The notes beneath the pieces were generated by a model. That model did no database searches and was not told where the DNA came from. It saw nothing but the letters and a program-made list of their open reading frames with translations. From NCBI GenBank assembly GCA_033764015.1, contig JANRJK010000013.1, positions 192,001 through 256,000 of the forward strand: a stretch of 64,000 nt of DNA. Direction: 5' to 3'. Each line of letters starts with the position of its first letter. Positions within the stretch are counted from its first letter, which is position 1. Below are positions 54,780-64,000 of this stretch, one piece after another. Source of the stretch: Candidatus Sumerlaeia bacterium. GTDB lineage: Bacteria; Sumerlaeota; Sumerlaeia; SLMS01; JANRJK01. The position numbers were made by a program, and so were the translations under genes.

Positions 54780-56747
54780 TTGCCCTCCGCCAGCAACCCG
54801 ACCCCGCCGGCGCGGCCGGATTTCCGCCGCCTCGCCTGGCTCCTCGACCGCGCACAGCCGTTCCGTCCGCTCCCCGCCGCCCATACGGCTGCCCTCGCCT
54901 TCGCCGTCCTCTGCGCGGCATGGCTGGCGGCGCCGCTCTGGGCCGCGCTGCTCGCCGACCCGCCCGCGGAGGACTTGGTCATCGCCGCCTCTTCTCGGGA
55001 CGTCGCCGCGGAGCCGCGCGCCCGCTTCAACGGCGCGTGGGTTGAGGACCCCGACGGTCTTGTTCCCGGGCCGGAGGCGACTCTCGAGTTCGCCGTTCCC
55101 GCGGGCGAGGCGCAGCGGCTCGTGCTCCGCCTGCAAGGCGACCCCCGCACCGAGTGGACAGCGCGGCTGTCGGGCGGCGGCGCGTCCGTCACGGTCTTCG
55201 GCGTCCGCGCCGGAGCCGATGCGGAGATCGCCGGCCCTGGGGTGCCGGAGATCCTTCTCGGCGCGCGCGATGCCACCCTCGTCGTCGGTCCGCGCGACGC
55301 GGCGACCGCCGGCGCCCTCGGCTCGGCTCGGCTGCGCCTCACCTTGTCGCCCGCTTCCGACGCTCCCGGAGCCGCCGGGCTGGCGGCGCTGGCCCTGCTG
55401 CCCCTCGTTCTGTCGGTCGCGCTGATGGCGGCGCGCGGATGGGAGTCCGCCCGCGCGATCCTCTTCGCGTTCGGCGTCGCCGGCGCCCTGGCGCTCGCCG
55501 CGCGGGCGTTGCCGATGGTGCGCGAGCTCGCCCCGGCGCTCGCGCTCATCCTCGCGGGACTCTCCGCCAGCGCCCTCGTGCGCAAGCTGGTCGCCGGAGA
55601 CGAGGCGCCGCGCGCGCGGCTGCTTCTGGAAGCAGCGGTCCTTGCTGTTGTCCTTGTCGTCGGCGCCGAGTCGCGCTTCGCCGCATGGGCCGACGCGCGC
55701 TGGTTCCCGCTCCGGCCCGACGCCGTGCAGTATCTGCAGCAGGCGGTGCAGGGTACACAGGCCGTCGAGGGCGCGCCCGACGTTCGCGAGCCGCTCCTCG
55801 CCGCGTCGCTCAAGGCCGCGTGGCTTGTGCTGCCCAACAGCATCGCATCCGCGCGCCTCGCGACGGCGCTGCTGTCCGTCGCCGCCATCGCCGCTGCCTG
55901 GGGCCTGGGGCGGAGCCTTCACTCGCCCCTGGCAGGGCTGGCCGCCGCCGCGGTGGTCGCGTTGAGCCCCGTCTGGATCGAGGGCGCGCCATCCGTCCTG
56001 GCGACCGACCTGCTCGCGGTGCTCGTGGCCGCGGTGCTTTGGCTTTCCTCGCGTCCCCCGATGGCGGGACCGGCGCAGGCCGCGGCGGTTGGCGGCGCCT
56101 GCGGCCTGCTGCTGCTGGCGCAGCTCGGCGCGCTGCCGCTGGTCGCCGCGGCGATCGCGTGGAACGCCCGCCGCGCACGCTGGAGCCTCGCGGCCATCGC
56201 TCTTGCGTCGGGCCTCGCCATCGCCGGGGCGGCCCCCACGATTCTCGCGAACCTCGATGCGGGCGGCCCGTTCCATAACCTCGAAATGCACACGCGATAC
56301 TACGCCAATCGGCACCTCGGCGCTCCGGACGGCGACGCCGGTCCCTACGCCGGCGGGCCGATGTCCACCGCGGCGTGGCTCTCGCGCTGGAGTCCGGCCG
56401 ATTTCGTGGCGCGCCCCGTTCTCGGCGCGTGGAACGCTTTCGCCATCGTCCTCGCGCGGCAGGCGCTGTTCCCGGCGGGCGCCTGGCTGCTGCTGCCGTT
56501 CCTCGGCGTGCCGTGGCTCTTGTGGCGGCGGCGCGACCTCATCGCCCCCTTGGCGCTGCTCGCCGCGTGGGCCATCCCGCTCTGCCTCGTGGCCCGGGAA
56601 GGCATCGACTGGCGCCTTGCCGCGCCCGCCGCGCCGCTTCTCGCGGCCTTATGGGCCGCTGCGATCGTCGAGGCCGCCAGGGCGCTTATGGAGCGCCGAG
56701 CCGCAAGTACTCCTCGATCACCTCGACCCGCGCACGCGCCAGCCTGA
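54780..56747 (+). CDS. GT-C (ArnT/PMT-like, family 39/83) membrane glycosyltransferase-like protein
   Basis: PDAVQY, REPLL, SARLATALLS...WGLGRSL..PLAGLAAA, C-terminal WRLAAP; start uncertain (TTG 54780). Confidence 0.65.
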   Translation: MPSASNPTPPARPDFRRLAWLLDRAQPFRPLPAAHTAALAFAVLCAAWLAAPLWAALLADPPAEDLVIAASSRDVAAEPRARFNGAWVEDPDGLVPGPEATLEFAVPAGEAQRLVLRLQGDPRTEWTARLSGGGASVTVFGVRAGADAEIAGPGVPEILLGARDATLVVGPRDAATAGALGSARLRLTLSPASDAPGAAGLAALALLPLVLSVALMAARGWESARAILFAFGVAGALALAARALPMVRELAPALALILAGLSASALVRKLVAGDEAPRARLLLEAAVLAVVLVVGAESRFAAWADARWFPLRPDAVQYLQQAVQGTQAVEGAPDVREPLLAASLKAAWLVLPNSIASARLATALLSVAAIAAAWGLGRSLHSPLAGLAAAAVVALSPVWIEGAPSVLATDLLAVLVAAVLWLSSRPPMAGPAQAAAVGGACGLLLLAQLGALPLVAAAIAWNARRARWSLAAIALASGLAIAGAAPTILANLDAGGPFHNLEMHTRYYANRHLGAPDGDAGPYAGGPMSTAAWLSRWSPADFVARPVLGAWNAFAIVLARQALFPAGAWLLLPFLGVPWLLWRRRDLIAPLALLAAWAIPLCLVAREGIDWRLAAPAAPLLAALWAAAIVEAARALMERRAASTPRSPRPAHAPA

Positions 56748-57516
56748 TCTGCCGCTGGAAATGCGGCTCGCTCCCCTCGACCGCCAGCTCGGCGAGGTTC
56801 TCCGCCACCACATCGAGTTGCAGCGCCGTATCGCGGAAGCCGCCCCTCGCACTTTCCATCAGCCGCGGCGAGCGCGCCGCAAGCTCCCGCGCGAGCTCCG
56901 CCAGTTCCACCGCCACCCGCCGCACGTCCGCCCGCGCCGCGGGGCCGAGCCGCTCCATTTCCGCCAGCCGGCGGCGCGACTCCGCGGCGAGGTCCGCCAA
57001 CGAGAGCCGTCCCAACGACGAACGGAAAACCGGCGCCGCGAACTCTCCGGCTGTCCAGTCGGCCGGCAGCGCATCCGCCCCGGTGCCTCCCCTCGCGGGG
57101 AACACCGCGAGACGCGCCAATGCGGCCAGGCGCTCCGCCGACTCGCGCCCGAGCCGCTCCGACGCGTCGAGCTGCCTCGCGCGCCGCGCCAGCAGGTCGC
57201 CCTCGTAGAGCTGAAGCAGGCGCCGTAGCCGCTCGCCCTCCGAGCGCGCGTCCACGCTCCGCAGCCCGCCGACGGACTCCGTCTGCGAGAGCAGCGCATC
57301 CAACTCGCGGCGCGCCTGGTCGACCACCGCGGAGGACGACTCCGGCGGGGCCGGGTTCGCGCGCAGCCGCCACGCAGCTTCAACCGACGATTCGAACGCC
57401 GCCACCTGCCGGAGCAGAGTCGCGGACGTCGCGTCGTCGCGCGTGAGCGACTCGCCGTCCTGCGCGTGGGCGCAGGCCGCCAGCAGCAGCAGCATCGCGG
57501 CAGCGCGCGCCTTCAC
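56686..57516 (-). CDS. Exported all-helical hypothetical protein
   Basis: GTG coupled to GH31 stop; signal KARAAAMLLLLAACAHA; coiled-coil-like body. Confidence 0.6.
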   Translation of the reverse strand: MKARAAAMLLLLAACAHAQDGESLTRDDATSATLLRQVAAFESSVEAAWRLRANPAPPESSSAVVDQARRELDALLSQTESVGGLRSVDARSEGERLRRLLQLYEGDLLARRARQLDASERLGRESAERLAALARLAVFPARGGTGADALPADWTAGEFAAPVFRSSLGRLSLADLAAESRRRLAEMERLGPAARADVRRVAVELAELARELAARSPRLMESARGGFRDTALQLDVVAENLAELAVEGSEPHFQRQIRLARARVEVIEEYLRLGAP

Positions 57517-60500
57517 GCCGGTGGCTCCAGCGTGACGCGGACCCCGCGCGCGGGCGTCCCGTCGGCCTCGAGCAGGTGGGCGCAGAACCCCCAGCCGAGC
57601 GCGCCTTGGCTGATCTTCAGCAGCAGCGTGTTGCGCCCGGCGCGCAGCGGCAGCGCCACGCGGTCCTCCTGCGACGTGTAGCCGCGCCCCACGTGGTTCG
57701 CGTGCAACCGCGCGCCGTCCAGGAACACCGCGAGGCCGTCGTCGCTTCCCGCCGCGAGGAGCACCGTCCGCGCCTCGTCGGCGATGATCCAGCACAGCGC
57801 GTAGCCCACCGCGTACTCCAACGATCCGCAGAACGCCGAGTTCAGGTCGACGAACCACTCCTCGGCGAGGTCCGCGCCCGGCTCGAGTGGACGCTCCACA
57901 CGGCGCCACCCGACCTCGACGCCTCCTTGGCCCGCGAACCGCGCGGCCTCGTCGAAGCCCCGCTCCGGCGGATGCACCGCGTCGAGTCCCGCCTCCCAGG
58001 GATTGTCGAACGGCCCGCAGAGCCACCAGCCGTTGACCGAGGGGAAGGCGTCGCGCGCCATCTCGAAGCGGATCGAGGTGCCGTCCAGCGTCAGCTCCGC
58101 GGTGGCCCGGATCCGCGCCGGCATCAGCGCGTCGGCGGGGCGGTAGACGTGCGCGACGCCGAACGGAATGCGCCGGTCGACGAGCTGGTTCGCGCCGCCG
58201 ACGAACACCGGCTCGGCCAAGCCCTCCACGCGCGGCAGATGGAAGTCCACCGATCCGAATCCCGGCTGCTCCTCCTGCTCGAGGAGCGCGGCCACGCGGA
58301 AGCAACCCTCGCCGACCGCGTCGACCCGCAGCGCCGGCGACACGCGCGCGATGCGGCACCACGCCTCCGCGATGCGCCGCCGCCGCCCCGGGTCCGGCTC
58401 GCGGCCATGCATCGCCGCCAGCTCCTTCAGCGCCAGCGAAAGGTTCGTTGAGAACAGCTCCTCCGTCACGAACACGTCGTTCTGCGACGGCTGCTGGTGG
58501 AGCATGAGCCCTTCGAGCGCGCGCACGAGCGGCTCGCACTCCACCGGGCCCAGCGCGGTCGCCGCCGACGCCGCGAGGTGGAAAAGCCCGCAGCCCCGCG
58601 CCGCGTGCGCGCCGCCGGGCGACAGCCGCGCCTCGTCGCTCACGTCGATCACATGCGGAGCGTTCGCCCTCCCGAAGTCCATCGCCAGCTCGAATCCCTC
58701 GCGCGTGTTCCGCTGGCGCACCGACACCTGCAGCGCGTGCGCTTCGATGTCGTAGGTCCACTCCGGCGCGGTGTCGCGCGTCTCCGCCTCCACTTCGCGA
58801 CCGTCGAGCTTCACCGAACGCGGCGGGTACACACCCAAGACCGTGATCGTGGCGACGCGCGACTCGGGCATTCCGTCGTAGGAGCCGACGACGCCTTCGA
58901 CGCGCACCGCGAGCTTCGTCCCGTCGCGCTGCTGCGTGATGCGCGTGCGCGCCACTGCGCCATCGAGGTACGCCGGCGTGGCGCCGTCGTCCTCGGCCAG
59001 CGTGAACTCGCCGCGCTCGCCCGGGAAAATGTAAAGGTGAAGCGCCGACGGATCATGGTCGCGCGTGCGCAGCGCCGGCGGCGCGAGAGGCACGATGGCT
59101 CCCGCCCGCACGAAGACCGGGAGCGCCTCGAGGCCCGCGAGGAATCGCAGCCGGCCGCCCCCGTCGTGCCGCTCGCGTGTGTCCCAGCGCACCCACGCGC
59201 CCGGGGGAAGCCACACCTCGCACAGGGCGAGTCCGGTATCCGGCGACACCCGCGAAACCACGGGCGCGACGAGCAGCTGCGCGCCCAGCATGAACTGCCC
59301 CGGCGACGCGTAGGCGTCCTCCTGGTGCGGCCAGTGCAGGTACATCGGGCGCAGCGGAGGCATGCCAGACCCGTGCGCCTCGTGCGCGAGCGAATAGAGG
59401 TACGGCAGCAGCGAATAGCGCAGCCAGACCGCTTCGCGCGCGTGCTCGAACAGCTCCTGCGGCATCGCCGCCCAGAGCCGCCGCTCCGCGTGCGGGTTGT
59501 TCGAGCCGTGCGTCCGGAGCACCGGCGACAGCGCGCCCCACTGCACCCACCTAAGGTACAGCTCCGGCTCCACCGCGCCCGGCTGGAAGCCACCGATGTC
59601 GTGGCTCCAGTACGCGAAGCCGACGTTCCCCGCCGTCGCCGTGAAGCCGATCTGGAACGCGAGCGACTCCCACGTGGAGAAGACGTCGCCGCTGAAACCA
59701 AGCGGATACCGGTGCCCGCCGATTCCGCCCCAGCGGCTCAGGATCAACGGGCGTTCGCGGCGCGCGGGGTTCTCTTCCTGGTCCCGCCAGTGCGCGTGGT
59801 TCAGCCACCACAGCGGATCGAGGCCCCGGATCGACGTCGTCTTCTCCTGCTGCCAATCGATCCACCAGAAGTCGACGCCCTGCGCCTCGATGGGCCGGTG
59901 CAGCACGTCGAAGTAGGCCCGCATGAAGCGCTGGTCCGCCGCGTCGAACGGAACCGCGTCCTTGGCGTCTAGATCATGGCCGAGCGCCTTCGCCATCGCC
60001 GGGTGGGCCGCCTCGTGCGCGCCCACGCCGTCCGCCGGGTGCAGGTTGAGCGCCGTCCGGAGCCCTGCCCCGCGCGCCCACCGCAGGAACCCGTCCGGAT
60101 CGGGAAAGCACGCCGGATTCCACGTGTATCCGGTCCACCCTTCGAGGTGCCAATCCATGTCGACCACGAGCACGTCGAGCGGCGCACCGTGCGCGTCGAA
60201 CTCCGCGGCCAAGTCCTTCAGCTCCGCGTCGGAGTACGCCCAGTAGCGCGACCACCACATGCCGAAGGCATAGCGCGGCGGGACGGGGATGCGGCCGAAG
60301 ACGGCGGTGAAATCGCGCAGCGCATCCGCGAACCGGCTACCGTAGACGAACAGATACCAGTCGGCGTGGTGCCCGGCGGGGCGCGCCTCCACCCAGCCGT
60401 CCGCGCGGAACACGGGCCGCGCCGTCTCGTCCACCACGGACCACCCGCGGCGGCTTAGCACACCCGGCTCCAGCGGCGCGGCACCGTTGACATTGTCAAG

Positions 60501-60848
60501 CGTCCGCGTGGTCCCCCCCAGGTTCGCGGGGTCCCCGGAGGGATACGCGAACTCGATCTCGGCGCCGTCGATCTCGATCAGGCCCTCGGCGCGCGGACCT
60601 CCGAGCAGCGTCAGCGAAAGCACCGCCTCCGCCGTGGCGATCCGCAGCTCGCGACCCTCTCCCGACGCGGTGTAGCCCGGCACCGGCAGCGCCCGCTCCA
60701 CGGCGCCGAGCGTGGCGCGGTCCTCGAAGGAGGCGCCGTCCGCGTGCTCGATGCGGAAGAGCCGCGGCGTGAGCACGGTCACGCGCCAGTCCCCCCGCAC
60801 GACAATCGCGCGCGGATCGGCCGCTGGGTTGTGCTGCGTGGGGGCCAT
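57513..60848 (-). CDS. Glycoside hydrolase family 31 with DUF5110-like and extra C-terminal PA14/galactose-binding-like domain
   Basis: NLGGTTRTLD, WWSRYWAY, VVDMDWH, nucleophile WWIDWQ, acid/base GFSGD, WSHDIGG, LRTH, LRYSLLPYLY; C-terminal WWLCGPF...GSDDG...NTLLLKI. Confidence 0.92.
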   Translation of the reverse strand: MAPTQHNPAADPRAIVVRGDWRVTVLTPRLFRIEHADGASFEDRATLGAVERALPVPGYTASGEGRELRIATAEAVLSLTLLGGPRAEGLIEIDGAEIEFAYPSGDPANLGGTTRTLDNVNGAAPLEPGVLSRRGWSVVDETARPVFRADGWVEARPAGHHADWYLFVYGSRFADALRDFTAVFGRIPVPPRYAFGMWWSRYWAYSDAELKDLAAEFDAHGAPLDVLVVDMDWHLEGWTGYTWNPACFPDPDGFLRWARGAGLRTALNLHPADGVGAHEAAHPAMAKALGHDLDAKDAVPFDAADQRFMRAYFDVLHRPIEAQGVDFWWIDWQQEKTTSIRGLDPLWWLNHAHWRDQEENPARRERPLILSRWGGIGGHRYPLGFSGDVFSTWESLAFQIGFTATAGNVGFAYWSHDIGGFQPGAVEPELYLRWVQWGALSPVLRTHGSNNPHAERRLWAAMPQELFEHAREAVWLRYSLLPYLYSLAHEAHGSGMPPLRPMYLHWPHQEDAYASPGQFMLGAQLLVAPVVSRVSPDTGLALCEVWLPPGAWVRWDTRERHDGGGRLRFLAGLEALPVFVRAGAIVPLAPPALRTRDHDPSALHLYIFPGERGEFTLAEDDGATPAYLDGAVARTRITQQRDGTKLAVRVEGVVGSYDGMPESRVATITVLGVYPPRSVKLDGREVEAETRDTAPEWTYDIEAHALQVSVRQRNTREGFELAMDFGRANAPHVIDVSDEARLSPGGAHAARGCGLFHLAASAATALGPVECEPLVRALEGLMLHQQPSQNDVFVTEELFSTNLSLALKELAAMHGREPDPGRRRRIAEAWCRIARVSPALRVDAVGEGCFRVAALLEQEEQPGFGSVDFHLPRVEGLAEPVFVGGANQLVDRRIPFGVAHVYRPADALMPARIRATAELTLDGTSIRFEMARDAFPSVNGWWLCGPFDNPWEAGLDAVHPPERGFDEAARFAGQGGVEVGWRRVERPLEPGADLAEEWFVDLNSAFCGSLEYAVGYALCWIIADEARTVLLAAGSDDGLAVFLDGARLHANHVGRGYTSQEDRVALPLRAGRNTLLLKISQGALGWGFCAHLLEADGTPARGVRVTLEPPA

Positions 60849-60864
60849 CCGGGGACCTTCGGGC

Positions 60865-63060
60865 TTAGTATCGCCGACCATGGCGCTTCGGCGCGCGGCG
60901 CGCGGGGGGGAAGGCGTCCTCCTCCAGCACGCGCAGGTCAAGCTCCTGCGTCATCGGGTCCGAGCGCAACACCTGCACCCGCACCTGCTGGCCCAGCTTG
61001 TAGCTCCGCCCGGAGTTCCTGCCCACCAGCCGGATGCCGAGGTCGTCCAGCTCGTACTTGTCGCTCCGCAGCGTGCGCACCGGCGCGAAGCCCTCGACCG
61101 GCAGCGACTCGAGCTCGATGAACATCCCCGCCTGCGACACCGACGCGATCAGCGCGTCGAACTCGTCGCCCTCGTGGCGCTTCATGTACTCGAGCGCCTT
61201 GATGCGCTGCGCCTCCCACTCGGCCTCCTGCGCCTCGCGCTCCTGCCCGCTCGTGTGGCGGCCGAGCTCGACCAGCTCCGCCGTGCCATCGTCGTCGGCG
61301 GGGTAGGGGAGCGGCGCGCCGCGGAGCAGCGCCTTGAGCTGGCGGTGCACGACCACATCCGGGTAGCGGCGGATCGGCGACGTGAAGTGACAGTAGCACT
61401 TGCTGGCCAGGCCGAAGTGGCCCGCGTTGCGGGGCGAGTACTCCGCGCGCTTCAGCGCGCGCAGGATCAGGCGCCGCACGATGTGCCCGCCCTTCATCGT
61501 CTCCGCCTTCGCGATCGCCTTCTGCAGCGCGTCCGGCGTCATCGACCCGTCCCGCAGGTTCAGCCGGATCCCGAACGCGCGCAGCACCGGCTCCAGCTTC
61601 CCGAGCCGGTCCTCGTCCGCCGGCTCGTGGATGCGGTAAAGCAGCGGGGCGCCGCGCTCCGTCAGGAAGTCCGCGACCGCCTCGTTCGCCGCCAGCATGC
61701 ACTCCTCGATCAACTGGTGCGACTCGTAGCGCGGGTAGAAGCGCAGGTCCGCCACGCGCCCCGCCTGGTCGAACACCACCTCGAGCTCCGGGATGTCGAG
61801 GTTGAGCGCGCCGCGCTCGAAGCGCCGCTTGCGCATCAGGCGCGTCAGGGCCAGCAGCTCCCGCAACTCGTCGTGGATGCCCTCGTACTGCAGGCGCAGC
61901 GCGTCGTCCCCGTCCAGCAGCTTCTGGATCTCCGCGTAGTTCGTGCGGTGCGCGCTGCGGATGGCGCTCTCGTGGAACTCCGTCCGGACGCGGCTTCCCG
62001 AGCGGTCGAACTCGATCACGGCGGTGAGCGTCAGCCGGTCCTCGCCGGGCCGCAGCGAGCAGAGGTCGCTGCTCAACCGGTTCGGCAGCATCGGCACCAC
62101 GCGGTCCACCGGGTAGACGCTGGTGGAGCGCTCGCGCGCCTCGGCGTCGAGGATGCCTCCCATGCGCATGAAGTGCGCGGGATCGGCGATATGCACGTAG
62201 AGCCGCCAGCCGGTCGGCAGCGTTTCGATGCTGAGCGCGTCGTCGAAATCCTTCGCCGTCACCGGGTCGATCGTGAACGTCGTCAGCTCGCGGTAGTCGG
62301 TGCGCCGGCGCATCTCGCCGTCCCAGTCCACGACCGCCCCGTTGGCCTCCGCCTCCGCGGCGGGGGAGAACTCCTCGACGATGCCGCGGTCGCGGAGCAG
62401 CAGGAGCACATCGATCCCCCGGTCGCCGTCGGCGCCGAGGCGCTCGACCACGCGCCCGCGGAGCGGCTCCGGCGCCTGCGTGAACTCGGTCACCTCGACG
62501 ACGACCCACTCGAAGTCGGCGATGCCGAGCGCCTGGTCCGGCGGCGGGGTGAGGATCTCGCGCTCGATCCGCTGGCTGCGCGGCATCACGCGGCCACCCT
62601 TGCGCGTGGCCTGGTACCAGCCGGCGATGCGCTGGTGCGTGTGCTCCAGCGTGTCCTTCACGCGCCCGAGCGGCCCCCGGTCGTCGATGCGGAGCACTTC
62701 CACGCGCACCAGGTCGCCGTGCAGCGCGTCGCCGGTGTTCTCCGGCGGGATGAACACATCGCCCTCGAACGGCGGACGGGCCCCGCCCGCGACCGGCTCC
62801 AGTCGCACGAACCCGAAGCCGCGCCGCGTCATCTCGAGACGGCCCGTGAATGTCGACCCCCCGCCCCCGGAGGCCACCCAGCGCTCGCCGCGCAGGCGCT
62901 TCGCCGCGCCTTCCTCCTCAAGCTCGAGCAGCGCGAGCCGCAGCGCCCGCCGGTGGCCGGGCCGCAGCTTCATGGCGCGCAGCAGCTCCTCGGTCGTCGC
63001 CGGCTCCGGCATCCCGCGCAGGACCGCCAGCAGCGCCGCGCTGTCGAAGGTGCCCGCCAC
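60865..63060 (-). CDS. rnr: Ribonuclease R
   Basis: N-terminal HTH, CSDs (GFGFV, ALHGDLV), RNB TIDPVTAKDFDDALS, HFTSPIRRYPD, S1 domain and basic tail. Confidence 0.95.
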   Translation of the reverse strand: MAGTFDSAALLAVLRGMPEPATTEELLRAMKLRPGHRRALRLALLELEEEGAAKRLRGERWVASGGGGSTFTGRLEMTRRGFGFVRLEPVAGGARPPFEGDVFIPPENTGDALHGDLVRVEVLRIDDRGPLGRVKDTLEHTHQRIAGWYQATRKGGRVMPRSQRIEREILTPPPDQALGIADFEWVVVEVTEFTQAPEPLRGRVVERLGADGDRGIDVLLLLRDRGIVEEFSPAAEAEANGAVVDWDGEMRRRTDYRELTTFTIDPVTAKDFDDALSIETLPTGWRLYVHIADPAHFMRMGGILDAEARERSTSVYPVDRVVPMLPNRLSSDLCSLRPGEDRLTLTAVIEFDRSGSRVRTEFHESAIRSAHRTNYAEIQKLLDGDDALRLQYEGIHDELRELLALTRLMRKRRFERGALNLDIPELEVVFDQAGRVADLRFYPRYESHQLIEECMLAANEAVADFLTERGAPLLYRIHEPADEDRLGKLEPVLRAFGIRLNLRDGSMTPDALQKAIAKAETMKGGHIVRRLILRALKRAEYSPRNAGHFGLASKCYCHFTSPIRRYPDVVVHRQLKALLRGAPLPYPADDDGTAELVELGRHTSGQEREAQEAEWEAQRIKALEYMKRHEGDEFDALIASVSQAGMFIELESLPVEGFAPVRTLRSDKYELDDLGIRLVGRNSGRSYKLGQQVRVQVLRSDPMTQELDLRVLEEDAFPPARRAPKRHGRRY

Positions 63061-63066
63061 GCGCGG

Positions 63067-64000
63067 CTACTCGGCCGGCGGTGGAGGCATCGCCTCCACC
63101 ACCAGCCCCTTCGCCGGGTCCAGCGTCACGCGGTCCGACCACTCCACCACGCCGCGTCCGAACCGCTCGCGCAGCCCGAACGCCATCAGCTTGCCGTTCC
63201 ACTCGAGGAGCTGCGTCCGCCCCCACCCCTCCGGCAGCGTGAGCGCGACCGGCTCCCAGGCCCGCAGCGGATCCGTCGTGCGCAGCAGGACCGCTTCCGG
63301 TCCCGCCAGCAGATAGTTGACTGAGTCAAGCGTCGCCGCGCTCAGCCAGCGGGCTCCCTCGGGAACCGGCGCCGGCACCGGCCCCAGGTCCATCCAGCTC
63401 GTGAACATCGTCGCCGCCAGGGCGTGCACCCGCGCCGCGTCCGCCGCGTCCCTCGACAGCGACAGCATCAGCAACCCGTCGCGGAAGGGGAGCATCGCGT
63501 TGCCGCGCCACGCGACGGCGGCGGAGCCCTCGCGGTTCGGACCGGGCACGAACACCGGATTGCCGAGGCTCGGCGCCATGCGCGTCGAGTTCGCCGCCGC
63601 CGCCACGGCCAGCGCCTCCGCGCCATCCGGCGCCGCGGCGGTGAACGCCATGATGTTGAAGCCGTCGGCGTCGACGATCACCGACGGCGAGCCGAAGCCT
63701 CCCCCCGTCTGCGGATCGCGTTCGCGCAGCGCCATGATCTGCGACAGCGGCGCGAAGATCGGCGTCTTCCACAGCGCCACCTCCGCGCTGGTGGCCGGCA
63801 GCCGCTCTTCCGACCAGCGCCTCGGCGTTCCGGGAGGACCCGACATCGTCGCGAGGAACAGCTCGCCGTTCCACACGAACGCCGAGAAGTCCTCGATGGA
63901 CTGGATCGGCATCTCGTGCCAGTTGGGGAACTCGCCCTTCTGCGCAAGGAAGACCCCGAGCTGCGCCGCGCCGAGCGCAACGATGTCGCCGTTGGCCAGG
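63067..64000 (-). CDS. Hypothetical protein, C-terminal part (possible beta-propeller); start beyond window
   Basis: Open frame continues to the window edge; NPVFVPGP and SPSVIVD resemble GH32/43/130-type propeller blades, weakly. Confidence 0.55.
   Translation of the reverse strand, partial: LANGDIVALGAAQLGVFLAQKGEFPNWHEMPIQSIEDFSAFVWNGELFLATMSGPPGTPRRWSEERLPATSAEVALWKTPIFAPLSQIMALRERDPQTGGGFGSPSVIVDADGFNIMAFTAAAPDGAEALAVAAAANSTRMAPSLGNPVFVPGPNREGSAAVAWRGNAMLPFRDGLLMLSLSRDAADAARVHALAATMFTSWMDLGPVPAPVPEGARWLSAATLDSVNYLLAGPEAVLLRTTDPLRAWEPVALTLPEGWGRTQLLEWNGKLMAFGLRERFGRGVVEWSDRVTLDPAKGLVVEAMPPPPAE

Noticed and set aside
37878..56747. Four convergent gene pairs with overlapping 3' ends (37878-37918, 44094-44118, 46533-46561, 56686-56747)
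   Set aside because: Short tail-to-tail overlaps are common in GC-rich genomes where stop codons are scarce; no evidence of a dedicated antisense mechanism.

Overview
High-GC bacterial DNA from a diderm (TolB, lipoproteins, O-antigen-ligase-like genes), densely coding. I see no rRNA, tRNA, CRISPR array, integrase or transposase. The left part (~0.4-28.8 kb, between a CCA-adding enzyme and a Sua5 gene) is an accessory signalling/secretion block. It holds three giant signal-peptide proteins (FN3/LruC/FG-GAP; beta-helix; WD40 plus caspase-like), three paralogous Ser/Thr kinases (two membrane kinase-TPR receptors and one truncated where it meets a TIR-gene remnant), a Crp/Fnr regulator with a perfect GTGA-N6-TCAC palindrome over its stop codon, and a cyclase-STAND-TPR protein. 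The right part is housekeeping and envelope genes: sua5, MFS, tolB, a GspG-like protein, GT-C/GT4/O-antigen-ligase genes, tnaA, CYTH, GH31 and rnr. The most striking signal is a short Trp-centred C-terminal tail shared by unrelated secreted proteins (SSATNGWLLY*, AGSGSWMSYE*, TSRVEDWRQLGE*, and GGAQGWMIS just before a short extension), placed where a sorting signal would be. It suggests a lineage-specific protein-sorting system. From recollection of similar tails the organism may be Sumerlaeota/BRC1-like; this is an unverified inference. All product calls come from reading motifs by eye, not from database searches.
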